A stretch of DNA of 48,746 bases from a virus (Duplodnaviria; Caudoviricetes): positions 1-48,746 of the IMG/VR virus record IMGVR_UViG_3300020045_005690. One strand, 5' to 3'. This document shows, in pieces, positions 1 through 8,988 of this stretch. The translations under genes were made by a program, and so were the position numbers. Positions within the stretch are counted from its first letter, which is position 1; each line of letters opens with the position of its first letter. The notes under the pieces are model-generated. The model did not search any database. It saw only the letters and a program-made list of their open reading frames with translations, and was not told the DNA's origin.

Positions 1-64
1 ACGATATAAACACCAACCCAAGAAAAACAGAGGGTTTAAATGTCAATTTTAGGGATTGAAAACC

Positions 65-390
65 TGTCAAGATACGTTTTGCGAAGTACCGAGAACGAAA
101 AATAACGCTTTTTAGGCGGTCAACTTCGCAAAACAGTATGGTCAATTGATACACATCCATATACTTTTTATAATAGATTTATATTTTTTTTTATTTTTAA
201 TTTTTATAAATGTGAACACACAAAAATGATTTTGTCAAATATGATTATTTATGTTTTTAATAAAGAAAAAAATAAAAGAGTTTTTAAAAAAGTAGATGGA
301 TATTAAAAAAATGACACTACTATTTTATGAAGTAAAAACACAAAAAACCCTTATAACACGTTTATGGTACTTCGCAAAATGATATTGACA
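65..390. repeat. Large degenerate inverted repeat (centre 228) with four TTTTGCGAAGT-type boxes around an AT-rich core; candidate origin or recombination site
   Basis: Mirror pairs 77-90/366-379 (14/14), 123-138/318-333 (13/16), 155-169/287-301 (14/15), 102-114/342-354 (11/13), each with coordinate sum 456; 65-70/385-390 sums to 455. Confidence 0.85.
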
Positions 391-419
391 AGAAACAAAA
401 CACATGTTAAAAAACAGGA

Positions 420-473
420 TGTGGATAAGTCCATGTGTTATCACTTGCACATAATATACACATATGATAATAT
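420..473 (+). promoter_or_regulatory. Early sigma70-type promoter preceded by a DnaA-box 9-mer
   Basis: TGTGGATAA 420-428; TTGCAC 445-450, 17 nt, TAATAT 468-473 with TGn extension. Confidence 0.65.
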
Positions 474-563
474 GTCTATATGGTTATGTTGCGTGTATTA
501 TCACACACGATAATGAACACAAGGCAAATATGACCACAAAACACTATCAACAAAAATAGACAC

Positions 564-698
564 ATGAAAACACTAAAAATTATCTACAAATACTTGACAT
601 GCCCCCTATCAATAATGACCGCCCTAGCGGGCGCGATTGTAGCTTTTGGGTATGTCTTTACTCAATTTGTGCCTTGTTTAAATGTGCCTTACTGTTAA
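564..698 (+). CDS. Small hydrophobic protein (44 aa), not in the ORF track
   Basis: MKTLKIIYKYLTCPLSIMTALAGAIVAFGYVFTQFVPCLNVPYC; first ATG after the promoter, one TM-like stretch. Confidence 0.5.
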   Translation: MKTLKIIYKYLTCPLSIMTALAGAIVAFGYVFTQFVPCLNVPYC

Positions 699-718
699 AA
701 AATAATAATCACAACATT

Positions 719-871
719 ATGATATTCATATACATGGCGAGAAAAAATAATCACAACATTGGCGGAGTATTACAAGCGCGCCATAGTTTTGAAGCTTTGC
801 ACAATGCAAGGATTGAAGCAGGCAAGCGTGGAGCTGATGGATACTTTGTTTCTCTTATCAAATGTGCATAA
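719..871 (+). CDS. Hypothetical protein (50 aa)
   Basis: ATG at 719 with AT-rich context, in frame with track ORF 599..871. Confidence 0.4.
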   Translation: MIFIYMARKNNHNIGGVLQARHSFEALHNARIEAGKRGADGYFVSLIKCA

Positions 872-881
872 TTCTATATAT

Positions 882-1337
882 ATGACAAAACTACGAGTGT
901 GGAACAACGTGGATGGAGTTACAAGCTATACAGATATATCCGACAAGTACGAAGCTAAAAGGTTTATACGCGGGCTTATTGAGGAGCAGAAAGATGATGA
1001 CAGTATCACAATGAACGCTTTTGGATTGGAAGAAGAGGGCGAGAACGGAGAATGGAGCGAGTGGAGCAACAGAGACGGAGAGGACATAATGGAGATTATA
1101 GATAATGAGGACATGGAAGAGGAGGCAAAGGTGAACATGTCAGACAATCAAAAATTGTTTGTCAGTGATGCAGAAGAACAGGGATTTAATGTTGATTATT
1201 CATACAGTGGGCGCGGGATGTATGGCAAAACTTGCCCCTCTATTATTCAAGAACGCGGGGGCGACAGGTTTGGAACAAAGGCGAGAACACAAGAAGATAG
1301 TATGGGGATGGATACAGTGATATACGCACAATACTAG
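882..1337 (+). CDS. Acidic early phage protein with YSGRGMYGKTC motif
   Basis: Start reassigned to ATG 882; the motif is recurrent in phage hypothetical proteins. Confidence 0.7.
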   Translation: MTKLRVWNNVDGVTSYTDISDKYEAKRFIRGLIEEQKDDDSITMNAFGLEEEGENGEWSEWSNRDGEDIMEIIDNEDMEEEAKVNMSDNQKLFVSDAEEQGFNVDYSYSGRGMYGKTCPSIIQERGGDRFGTKARTQEDSMGMDTVIYAQY

Positions 1338-1458
1338 TTTGTATTTTCCTTCTGTATCCTTCTTGGATACAGTATGGAGGATGTAAAGCTGAAAGCTTCA
1401 TTCTCTCATTACTTGCTAGTAGTGATGTACATTTACAATTAAATAACTATACAAAACT

Positions 1459-2028
1459 ATGGGACTAGACATGAACCTTTACAAGAAGCATTATGTGAAG
1501 AATTGGAGCTTTGAAAAGGCAGGAGAAAAGAAAGAAGTTACAGCTACAAAGGGCGGAAAGCCGATAAAAGGCTTGAAACCTGAACGAGTAGCTTATGTTA
1601 CTGAAAATGTTATGTATTGGAGGAAAGCTAACGCAATACATGATTGGTTTGTGAAGAACGCACAAGACGGAGAAGATGATTGTAGAAACGCTTATGTATC
1701 ATTCGAACAACTAGAAGAACTGCGAGATACCTGTAAAAAGGTATTGGATAGTATTGAGCTAGTGGACGGAAAGGTAAAGAACGGAAGCACAATCACAAGA
1801 GAGAACGGAAAGATGGTAGAGACACCTAACATGGAGGATGGAAAGTATATTAAAGATACTACTATATGTGAGGAACTATTACCTACAGCAGAGGGATTCT
1901 TCTTTGGTGGAACTGACTATGATGAGTATTACTACAACGATATTAAAGAAACATACGAAAAACTAACGGAACTTCTTGCAGAAGAGGAAGCCGATAGAGC
2001 AGAGTATGAGTATCATTCTTCTTGGTAG
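1459..2028 (+). CDS. Conserved phage hypothetical protein (MGLDM..YWRKANAIH..GFFFG family)
   Basis: Recognisable family motifs MGLDM, YWRKANAIHDWF, GFFFGG, YHSSW. Confidence 0.85.
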   Translation: MGLDMNLYKKHYVKNWSFEKAGEKKEVTATKGGKPIKGLKPERVAYVTENVMYWRKANAIHDWFVKNAQDGEDDCRNAYVSFEQLEELRDTCKKVLDSIELVDGKVKNGSTITRENGKMVETPNMEDGKYIKDTTICEELLPTAEGFFFGGTDYDEYYYNDIKETYEKLTELLAEEEADRAEYEYHSSW

Positions 2029-2029
2029 T

Positions 2030-2209
2030 ATGAAGTTATACGCAACAATAACGAGCGAACGTGGAGGAAGAGAAGTAAAAAAGGGCGGAGACGAGATGAT
2101 AAGAGTAGAACTAAAACGAGGAAACAAGTTTATATACTACATTTATCTAACGAACGAAACACTTTTAGTGGAGAAGAGTGGTAAACAAGTCTACATAGAC
2201 AGACAATAA
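2030..2209 (+). CDS. Hypothetical protein (MKLYATITSERG...)
   Basis: ATG 1 nt after the upstream stop. Confidence 0.65.
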   Translation: MKLYATITSERGGREVKKGGDEMIRVELKRGNKFIYYIYLTNETLLVEKSGKQVYIDRQ

Positions 2210-2246
2210 AAGGTACAACTTACAACGCGCAAGCGAAACAAGAAAC

Positions 2247-2277
2247 ACCGTCAATTACTAGCATTGGCGGTTTTTTT
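2247..2277 (+). terminator. Intrinsic terminator
   Basis: ACCGTCAAT/ATTGGCGGT stem followed by a T run. Confidence 0.7.
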
Positions 2278-2434
2278 GCTTCTTGAAAATAGGAAGCAAA
2301 AAATACCCGAATGGGAGAAAAAGCACAGCACAGCTTACGGGCGAACGGGAACAAAAGTACAAATAAAAATTGTCGTGAGATTTTCAGGAGTTTCTTGGAA
2401 ATCTCTACCAGTTTTTACTAACTAATAAAAAAAT

Positions 2435-2704
2435 ATGAGAAAAATCACAACATTCATAAACAAGCTTCGTAAAAGCGATAAGTCTCTCGAAGAGATGACT
2501 GATGACCTTGTAAATAAGCTGAAATTCGATAGTAACGAACATTACTATGGTTCACTTGGGGACGTAGATGAGGATGATGACTTGTGTGAGATGAGGGAGA
2601 TACTAATGGACTTCATCGAAAAGGATTCATCACAAGCGTTTATTAATAAGTTTCACCTTCTCTTGGAAGTCGAAAGAGAATTAACATTAAGAGAAGACAG
2701 ATAA
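2435..2704 (+). CDS. Hypothetical protein
   Basis: ORF in packed early operon. Confidence 0.7.
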   Translation: MRKITTFINKLRKSDKSLEEMTDDLVNKLKFDSNEHYYGSLGDVDEDDDLCEMREILMDFIEKDSSQAFINKFHLLLEVERELTLREDR

Positions 2705-2706
2705 TT

Positions 2707-2961
2707 ATGGAAACATTCGAACAATGGCTATCATCTAACAAAGATGTAACGACAGAAGAGCGTGAACGCTTTGCGTATTTGATGTCGCAATACAGTGCAG
2801 GTCGAGAACATCAACAGCTTGAACTTCCATTCTCACAATCAGACCTTGAGGATTTGATAAATGGGGAGGAACACAATTGGGCTTTTGAAACAGATAGGGG
2901 AGAGATTATCGACATTAGACTTTACAACGAAGACTACGAGGATAATGAGGAGGAAGAATAG
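2707..2961 (+). CDS. Hypothetical acidic protein
   Basis: ORF in packed early operon. Confidence 0.7.
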   Translation: METFEQWLSSNKDVTTEERERFAYLMSQYSAGREHQQLELPFSQSDLEDLINGEEHNWAFETDRGEIIDIRLYNEDYEDNEEEE

Positions 2962-2963
2962 CT

Positions 2964-3170
2964 ATGGACTTTCTTGTAACTGGAAGTAAAATTACTTCAC
3001 TTAAAAAAACAGAAGAGTTCTATATTCGGACCGAAGATGGGAGAGAGATAATCGCTACGAAACTTGAAACAATGGAAAATGTTGTTTGGAGCTTTGTTGG
3101 TGGTAGCCTATCGAAAGAAGAGCTTGGTGAGTTTAGAGAATTTTTAACAACCTTAGAAGAAACTAACTAA
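2964..3170 (+). CDS. Hypothetical protein
   Basis: ORF in packed early operon. Confidence 0.65.
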   Translation: MDFLVTGSKITSLKKTEEFYIRTEDGREIIATKLETMENVVWSFVGGSLSKEELGEFREFLTTLEETN

Positions 3171-3174
3171 AATT

Positions 3175-3342
3175 ATGGAAACAAAAGAAGAAGGAGTTGT
3201 AACAATACTCCGTGAGGGTGAGCTTATTGGTATCATTTATCACGATATGAACAAGCGAAGTAAGATACTTTATAAGTGTGAGCCGATGTCGCAAGAAGAA
3301 ATAGTTGCGGTACTAACTCACAAGGACGAGCCTAAAGCCTAA
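3175..3342 (+). CDS. Hypothetical protein (55 aa), not in the ORF track
   Basis: METKEEGVVTILREGELIGIIYHD...; fills the gap between neighbours. Confidence 0.6.
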   Translation: METKEEGVVTILREGELIGIIYHDMNKRSKILYKCEPMSQEEIVAVLTHKDEPKA

Positions 3343-3347
3343 CTATT

Positions 3348-3680
3348 ATGTTTGTAGAAAAACTATACCAGTGTAACTTTTGTCAGACCGTGCTATCAGG
3401 GAGAGTGAAAGCAAGCAGAGAGGAAAAGAACTACATCAGTATCACCGGCACAATCTCACTTCAACTATTGGATGCCGAAACGGAATACCGGAGTTTTTTC
3501 TATGTGAGTAATAAGCCTCAGACAGATGGAAAACCGTGTCAGATGTACTTCTGTAACTTTAGTTGTCTCTCGGAGTATGCAAAGTGGAAGCACAAGGATT
3601 ACAACGAGCAGAGAAAGGACAAGCTACGAGAGGAGGCAAGCGAAGAATTTATTGAACGGGGGTCTAAAGAAAAATGGTAA
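3348..3680 (+). CDS. Putative Zn-binding protein
   Basis: CNFC and FCNFSC cysteine pairs. Confidence 0.65.
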   Translation: MFVEKLYQCNFCQTVLSGRVKASREEKNYISITGTISLQLLDAETEYRSFFYVSNKPQTDGKPCQMYFCNFSCLSEYAKWKHKDYNEQRKDKLREEASEEFIERGSKEKW

Positions 3681-3684
3681 AACC

Positions 3685-4446
3685 ATGAGAATAAAAGCTA
3701 AAGTATCAGTTTGGAATTACGAGCTTGTAGAAAGGCGAAAGAAATTGGGTTACACCCAAGCTTTATTTGCTGTTGCTTGTGGTATGGAAACTGCTCGTTT
3801 AGGTTTTATTGAGACTTTAAAGGTTAAGCCAACAGAAGAAGAAGCTAGAGACATTGCCGAGCTTTTAAACTGTAAAGTCTCAAAGCTTTTTCCCGATGGA
3901 TATGAAAAGGTTGTGGATATATTCAAGAGGGACTTAGTTAAAATTGCAGACATAGAACCACTCGCAATTTCTCCTGCAAGTGATGAACACCTCCTACTTC
4001 TAGGTAGTGTGGATGCTGAACTTACAGTTAAGAACTTGATTAAGGAAGCCGGACTTACTGAAAAAGAAGCACGACTTTTGGAAATAAGAAGTGGAAAAGA
4101 CCCGATGACACTTGAAGAAGCAGGAAAAGTCTTTGGTGTTACTCGGGAGCGTATTCGACAACTTGAAGCAAAGATGCACGAGAAAATAAGAAGTTCAAAG
4201 GTTGGAGAAGAATACAAAAAACAGCAAGAGAGACCTATAACAAAGTGGTTTGGATATCTTTCTAAATACAATAGGTGGGGGAGTGCAGGTAAAGATGTTC
4301 ATGTTTTTCCTGTTATAAGTGAAAGAGGAATGAAGTGGAAGATAGAACAACTTACAAATGACCCAACATGTGAGCAAATCTTTCCTCCATTCTCTGCTTA
4401 CAGCGAACAAGAAGCATTGGCTATTATTAGAAATCAAATCGACTAG
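3685..4446 (+). CDS. Transcription regulator: N-terminal XRE HTH fused to sigma70 region 4
   Basis: RRKKLGYTQALFA..IAELLNCKVSKLF (XRE) and MTLEEAGKVFGVTRERIRQLEAK (RpoD-like region 4.2). Start reassigned to ATG 3685. Confidence 0.8.
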   Translation: MRIKAKVSVWNYELVERRKKLGYTQALFAVACGMETARLGFIETLKVKPTEEEARDIAELLNCKVSKLFPDGYEKVVDIFKRDLVKIADIEPLAISPASDEHLLLLGSVDAELTVKNLIKEAGLTEKEARLLEIRSGKDPMTLEEAGKVFGVTRERIRQLEAKMHEKIRSSKVGEEYKKQQERPITKWFGYLSKYNRWGSAGKDVHVFPVISERGMKWKIEQLTNDPTCEQIFPPFSAYSEQEALAIIRNQID

Positions 4447-4498
4447 TTATCCACACTATTTTGTTGCTTAAAGACTGAAATAATAATATAATTAACAC
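4447..4498 (+). promoter_or_regulatory. DnaA-box + sigma70 promoter, leaderless start
   Basis: TTATCCACA 4447-4455; TTGCTT 4464-4469, 17 nt, TATAAT 4487-4492; ATG 6 nt later. Confidence 0.8.
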
Positions 4499-4975
4499 AT
4501 GAATGACACAGAAAAAAAGAAGTGGAAGAGAGTATCAATGATATTCAATGAAGACATACTAGCAATGATTGAAAGATTTATGTCTGAAAAGGGGTTTGAT
4601 ACAACGAGCGAAGTGGTAAAACAGGCAATCCGTGGAATGTACACAAAGGAATTTCCTGCTTATGTTGAGGCGAAAAGGCAAGGTCCGGTGACACCGGAGG
4701 AGAAGGCTCAATACGAACAGGATAAGAAAGAAGCGAAGATTAAACTTGAGGAAAAAAGACTTATGGGAATCTGTGAAGCGCTTGGAGGTAAAGTTGAAAA
4801 GGGAGAAAGTGGAAATATGGTATGTAAATACTTCCAATACGATAAGAACAATCGTTATGAGAACGAACTACCTATTGCTTTCCTGTCTGAAGACCTGCTC
4901 GAATCTCAATATTCCCCTAGCAAGGAGGATGTCGAGAGAAGACAAAAGGCAGGGAAGGTTAACTATAAACTATAA
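4499..4975 (+). CDS. Ribbon-helix-helix (CopG/MetJ-like) DNA-binding protein with C-terminal extension
   Basis: RVSMIFNEDILAMIERFMSEKGFDTTSEVVKQAI fits the RHH pattern. Confidence 0.65.
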   Translation: MNDTEKKKWKRVSMIFNEDILAMIERFMSEKGFDTTSEVVKQAIRGMYTKEFPAYVEAKRQGPVTPEEKAQYEQDKKEAKIKLEEKRLMGICEALGGKVEKGESGNMVCKYFQYDKNNRYENELPIAFLSEDLLESQYSPSKEDVERRQKAGKVNYKL

Positions 4976-4977
4976 TT

Positions 4978-5769
4978 ATGTTATCAATGACTAAAGAAAC
5001 AACCGAGGAAAAGAAAATAAGAAAAGCGAGAGTCGAAAAAGAAAGAAAGGAACGTAAAGAAAAGAATCGCGCGACACGAGAAAAGGAAATGAAGCGAAGC
5101 GACTCAAAGGAAGACATCAAAGCAGATAGCGAGCTACCGCGTGCCGAAAGACGTAAGAAGGGTAAGAACTTTGGGGTGAAAATACTCGGAGCGTTGAAAC
5201 CTATCGTTGGAAGTCAGAAGGTAGAGACTATCTCAAAGCCAGTTACACAGGAATCGAAGGTGAGAGTTGTTCCAATTCATTATGATGTGTCACTTCCAGT
5301 GTCTAACTGGCAAGCGATTATTGAAGAGGCGACAGAGATGGCACGAATTATGGACAAGCGAGAGATACAATATGAGAATGGGAGATTCCACACAGGATTC
5401 TGTTGGGCGCTTCACCATATGCAAGTATCAAATAACCCCTTCAACTTCTTTGTGCTATCTAGTCTAGTGCCGGATGATGTAATGAAAGAACTTGGGTCAA
5501 GGTTTATAGTTAATCCAAAGATTGATAAGACGATGGTTGAAACGGTTCAGAAACTACGCGAGGGATGCGTTTCATTCCCCAATAAATCAGAAACGAAGGT
5601 ATCTCGTGCTTGGGTTATTGATGTGTCGTTTCAGATTCCAGATGCTAAGGCGAAAGGTGGACTCAAGAGCGTTAAGAAACAGGTGGCTGGGATTGTTGCA
5701 CAGATATTCCAGCACGAGTGCGACCACGCGGAAGGTAAAAATATCTACTACAAGGAGCCAAAGAAATAA
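4978..5769 (+). CDS. def: Peptide deformylase with highly charged N-terminal extension
   Basis: EGCVS and QHECDH metal motifs, FIVNP; motif 1 is degenerate (CWALHHMQV). Confidence 0.85.
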   Translation: MLSMTKETTEEKKIRKARVEKERKERKEKNRATREKEMKRSDSKEDIKADSELPRAERRKKGKNFGVKILGALKPIVGSQKVETISKPVTQESKVRVVPIHYDVSLPVSNWQAIIEEATEMARIMDKREIQYENGRFHTGFCWALHHMQVSNNPFNFFVLSSLVPDDVMKELGSRFIVNPKIDKTMVETVQKLREGCVSFPNKSETKVSRAWVIDVSFQIPDAKAKGGLKSVKKQVAGIVAQIFQHECDHAEGKNIYYKEPKK

Positions 5770-5770
5770 T

Positions 5771-6028
5771 ATGATTCCATCACCGTACCTAAACTCAAAC
5801 GCCAATAATGCTCCAGTAAATATGGAACAGGTTTTGGAGTGGTTGGAAACATTTAAGAAGTTATTTAACCTGTCCGGTGCGATGCTTGTTATGAAAACAA
5901 ATGTTAAACACGCGCCGGACTGTGGGGAGGAAGGATGTGACCACTATGAAAAGGTAATACTTAACCTTACGTTAAACAAAAAAGACCTCGAGGAGTTAGC
6001 GGATAACATTAAGCTTCATATAATATGA
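5771..6028 (+). CDS. Hypothetical protein
   Basis: ATG 5771 just after the def stop; HAPDC..CDH metal-like motif. Confidence 0.6.
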   Translation: MIPSPYLNSNANNAPVNMEQVLEWLETFKKLFNLSGAMLVMKTNVKHAPDCGEEGCDHYEKVILNLTLNKKDLEELADNIKLHII

Positions 6029-6201
6029 AACTATTTAATTTATTCATCCTATCCATTCCAGTTGTAACTTTAGTTATTCTTTGGTTTATGACGGACTGGA
6101 TTAAGGACGGTAAAGTTCGTGGCGCTATATTCTTTATGGCGTATATCCCCATTACTTTTCTGGCAATAATTTTATTTCTTAATTATCTAGTAAATACTTA
6201 A
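6025..6201 (+). CDS. Small two-TM membrane protein (58 aa), not in the ORF track
   Basis: MKLFNLFILSIPVVTLVILWFM..GAIFFMAYIPITFLAIILFLNYLVNT; ATGA overlap with the upstream gene. Confidence 0.65.
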   Translation: MKLFNLFILSIPVVTLVILWFMTDWIKDGKVRGAIFFMAYIPITFLAIILFLNYLVNT

Positions 6202-6243
6202 AAGAACCAATTATTAAAAACTTAAATTATAGGAAAAAATAAT

Positions 6244-6921
6244 ATGCAAAGAACTTTTGTCTTAGGAGACCTACATGGTGGGTATAAAGCGTTGATGCAG
6301 TGCCTCGAGCGTTCAAAATTCGACTACGAAAACGACAAACTTATTTCTCTTGGCGATGTAGCTGATGGATGGACTGAAGTAGTTGAATGCTTTGAGGAGT
6401 TCTTTAAGATGAAGAACTTCATAATGGTGAGAGGCAACCACGACCAGTGGCTCAAGAATTGGCTTCAGAAGGGTGAACAGCCGGACATTTGGGTACTGCA
6501 GGGAGGGAAAAATACCCTTGCCAGCTTCGAGAAATATGGAAAACCTACAAAGAATAAAGTTCTTGGATTTTTGAAGACTACAAAGCATTGGTATGTGGAC
6601 GAGAAGAACCGACTATTCGTTCACGGTGGGTACATAGATGGCGTTCCACTTGAGAAGCAAGACAAAATGGACTTGATGTGGAGCAGAAGGTTCATGGAGA
6701 TGCCTCAACTTTGTAGTGAGATACAAGACTACAGGGAGGTGTTCATCGGACACACAACTATTTGGAGACACTCACAGTTGCCGATGCGTGTAGGTAAGGT
6801 GGTATTTATGGACACTGGCGGTGGTTTTGAAGGTGTGTTATCCTTAATGAATGTAGATACCTACGAAGTTTATCAATCTGACTTAGTTTCTACACTTTAT
6901 CCCAATGTACATCCAAGATGA
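6244..6921 (+). CDS. Calcineurin-like metallophosphoesterase (lambda NinI-like Ser/Thr phosphatase)
   Basis: GDLHG, LGDVADG, RGNHD, VHGG, GHT, DTG motifs. Confidence 0.9.
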   Translation: MQRTFVLGDLHGGYKALMQCLERSKFDYENDKLISLGDVADGWTEVVECFEEFFKMKNFIMVRGNHDQWLKNWLQKGEQPDIWVLQGGKNTLASFEKYGKPTKNKVLGFLKTTKHWYVDEKNRLFVHGGYIDGVPLEKQDKMDLMWSRRFMEMPQLCSEIQDYREVFIGHTTIWRHSQLPMRVGKVVFMDTGGGFEGVLSLMNVDTYEVYQSDLVSTLYPNVHPR

Positions 6922-7490
6922 GTAAAATAGACTTAACATCAATAGGAAAAACCTACAACTATCTAACTGTAATTTCTTATGAAAAAAGGTTAGATAAAAA
7001 CGGAACTAAAAGTAAGTGGTTCTTATGTAAGTGTGTTTGTGGAAATAAAAAATTCATTCGTTCAGCAAATGTGTTAGATGGGGGAATAAAAAGTTGTGGA
7101 TGTAAAAGAAGAGAACTAATAAACGCAGGGACAAAAGCACACTATCTAAAGAATTTTAGTTATCCTGCAGAAAAGAAAATCTACTCAAACTATAAAGTTG
7201 ATTCAAAGAGAAACGGGAGGGAATTTACTTTAACATTTGAAGTGTTTCTTAAAATTGTTAATAAGAACTGTTACTACTGTGGTTCAAATCCTGTTAATAA
7301 AATTTATAATAAAACAAAAAATAGATTTGCTGTTATTAACGGTATAGACAGAGTTGATTCATCTAAGGGTTATATAAAAAATAACATAGTCCCGTGTTGC
7401 TCAATGTGTAATATGATGAAAAATAAATATCCTGCTAAAGTATTTATTAAACAGGTTAAAAAGATTGCAACTCACAACTCACTATGTTAG
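6918..7490 (+). CDS. HNH homing endonuclease
   Basis: CKCVCG..SCGC N-terminal domain; CYYCG..GIDRVDSSKGY..N..CCSMCN. More AT-rich than neighbours. Confidence 0.85.
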   Translation: MSKIDLTSIGKTYNYLTVISYEKRLDKNGTKSKWFLCKCVCGNKKFIRSANVLDGGIKSCGCKRRELINAGTKAHYLKNFSYPAEKKIYSNYKVDSKRNGREFTLTFEVFLKIVNKNCYYCGSNPVNKIYNKTKNRFAVINGIDRVDSSKGYIKNNIVPCCSMCNMMKNKYPAKVFIKQVKKIATHNSLC

Positions 7491-8719
7491 AACTCTACGC
7501 GCATCAAAAAGAATTACTAGATAAAAACCCAGCTAAACATTTGATATGTTTTGGAACTGGATTGGGTAAGTCACTAACGTCAATGGAGCTTGCAAATAAG
7601 AATAGGTGCTCTGTTGTGTTTGTGGTGTGCCCTAAGTCATTGAAAGAAAAGTGGCAGAGAGACCTCGATGCTTTCCATTGGAAAGATTACGCGTGTGCGG
7701 AGTACCGAGTAATATCTAAAGAAGAGTTTAGAAAGGATTGGGATAAGTTAGACCCGTGTGATGCTCTAATTATTGACGAGGCACATTATTTCTCCGGACT
7801 AACGTCTCTTATGTCCAAGTCTCTAACAAAATATATCAAGAAGTGGAATACTAATTATATCTGGCTACTTACTGCGACTCCATATATGAGTACACCTTGG
7901 AATATATACACACTGGCGAGACACTTGGGATACGAGTGGAGCTACGGAGCATTTAACGAGAAATTCTTTACTCATAGATATGTTGGTCAGAGACTTATAC
8001 CTGTGGTAAAGGATGGAATCGAAGATGAAATAGCGAGACTTGTTAAAGTAATTGGTACAACTGCAAAGATGGAAGACTGTTTCGATATACCCGAACAGAT
8101 ATTTGAAACAGAATGGATTGCTCTTTCAAGTGGACAGAAGAAGAAAATTAAGGAGGTGGAGAATGCGGAGACACTTCCTATAACGAGATTTACTAAAGTT
8201 CATCAGGTGGAGAACGGGAGCCTAAAAAGCGATGGTTATGCACCAGATGAGTTCATAGATAACTTAAAGAATGAACGCATCCTAGACCTTGTGGAAACTA
8301 ATGACAAGGTTGCCATCTTTTGCAGGTATAATCTACAGATAGATGGGTTAGAAAAACTTATTAAAGAAAATATAAAAGATAAAAATGTATACATCATTAG
8401 GGGGGGCGTCAAAAATAGAGACGAGGTTGTACAAAGCGTGGAGAAAGATGATAAGTGTGTGGTCATTATCAACTCGGCGTGCAGTGAAGGATACGAACTC
8501 CCTTCAATCGGAATTATTGTCTTTGCTTCGCTCTCGTTCTCATACAAAGATTACGAGCAAGGGTGTGGACGTTTCCTTCGTGCAAATAAACTCAAGAAGA
8601 ATGTCTTCATCCACTTGGTCTCGTCTACTCCGGAACACGATGGAGTGGATGAGGCTGTGTACGCTTCCATAATGAAGAAGCAGGATTTCTCATTAGCAAT
8701 TTATTCAGAAAATATATGA
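7484..8719 (+). CDS. SF2 (SNF2/DEAH-type) helicase
   Basis: GTGLGKS, DEAH, TAT, SEGYEL, QGCGRFLR. Confidence 0.9.
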   Translation: MLELYAHQKELLDKNPAKHLICFGTGLGKSLTSMELANKNRCSVVFVVCPKSLKEKWQRDLDAFHWKDYACAEYRVISKEEFRKDWDKLDPCDALIIDEAHYFSGLTSLMSKSLTKYIKKWNTNYIWLLTATPYMSTPWNIYTLARHLGYEWSYGAFNEKFFTHRYVGQRLIPVVKDGIEDEIARLVKVIGTTAKMEDCFDIPEQIFETEWIALSSGQKKKIKEVENAETLPITRFTKVHQVENGSLKSDGYAPDEFIDNLKNERILDLVETNDKVAIFCRYNLQIDGLEKLIKENIKDKNVYIIRGGVKNRDEVVQSVEKDDKCVVIINSACSEGYELPSIGIIVFASLSFSYKDYEQGCGRFLRANKLKKNVFIHLVSSTPEHDGVDEAVYASIMKKQDFSLAIYSENI

Positions 8720-8988
8720 TAACAGTTCCATTCACACAATATGTTCGACCTAACGGAAGAACAAGACCTATCGAGATTGATGTACCGGATGAAGTTGGAG
8801 AGAAGGCTCTTAAAGTAATTGAGAGAGGAGGAAAGTTTGAGGCAGAGTGTATTGATGGGGATATAAGTTTAACCTGTCACTATGAGGATGAGGATATCGC
8901 AATAGAACTTTGTAGGAATGGACCTGAAGTTCCAAAGGCAGTCGAGACACTTATTGAAAATGCATTTATGACACAAAGATTTATATGA
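8716..8988 (+). CDS. Hypothetical phage protein
   Basis: ATGA overlap; coherent ORF. Confidence 0.7.
   Translation: MITVPFTQYVRPNGRTRPIEIDVPDEVGEKALKVIERGGKFEAECIDGDISLTCHYEDEDIAIELCRNGPEVPKAVETLIENAFMTQRFI

Noticed and set aside
13-27. Terminal direct repeat with CAATCCAAGAAAAA near 47293
   Set aside because: Only about 13/14 in A-rich low-complexity DNA and does not extend; insufficient for an att or terminal repeat.
444-472. dif-like site (CTTGCACATAA-TATACA-CATATGATAAT)
   Set aside because: The XerD arm matches only with a shifted spacer, and the sequence is explained by the -35/-10 promoter in AT-rich DNA.
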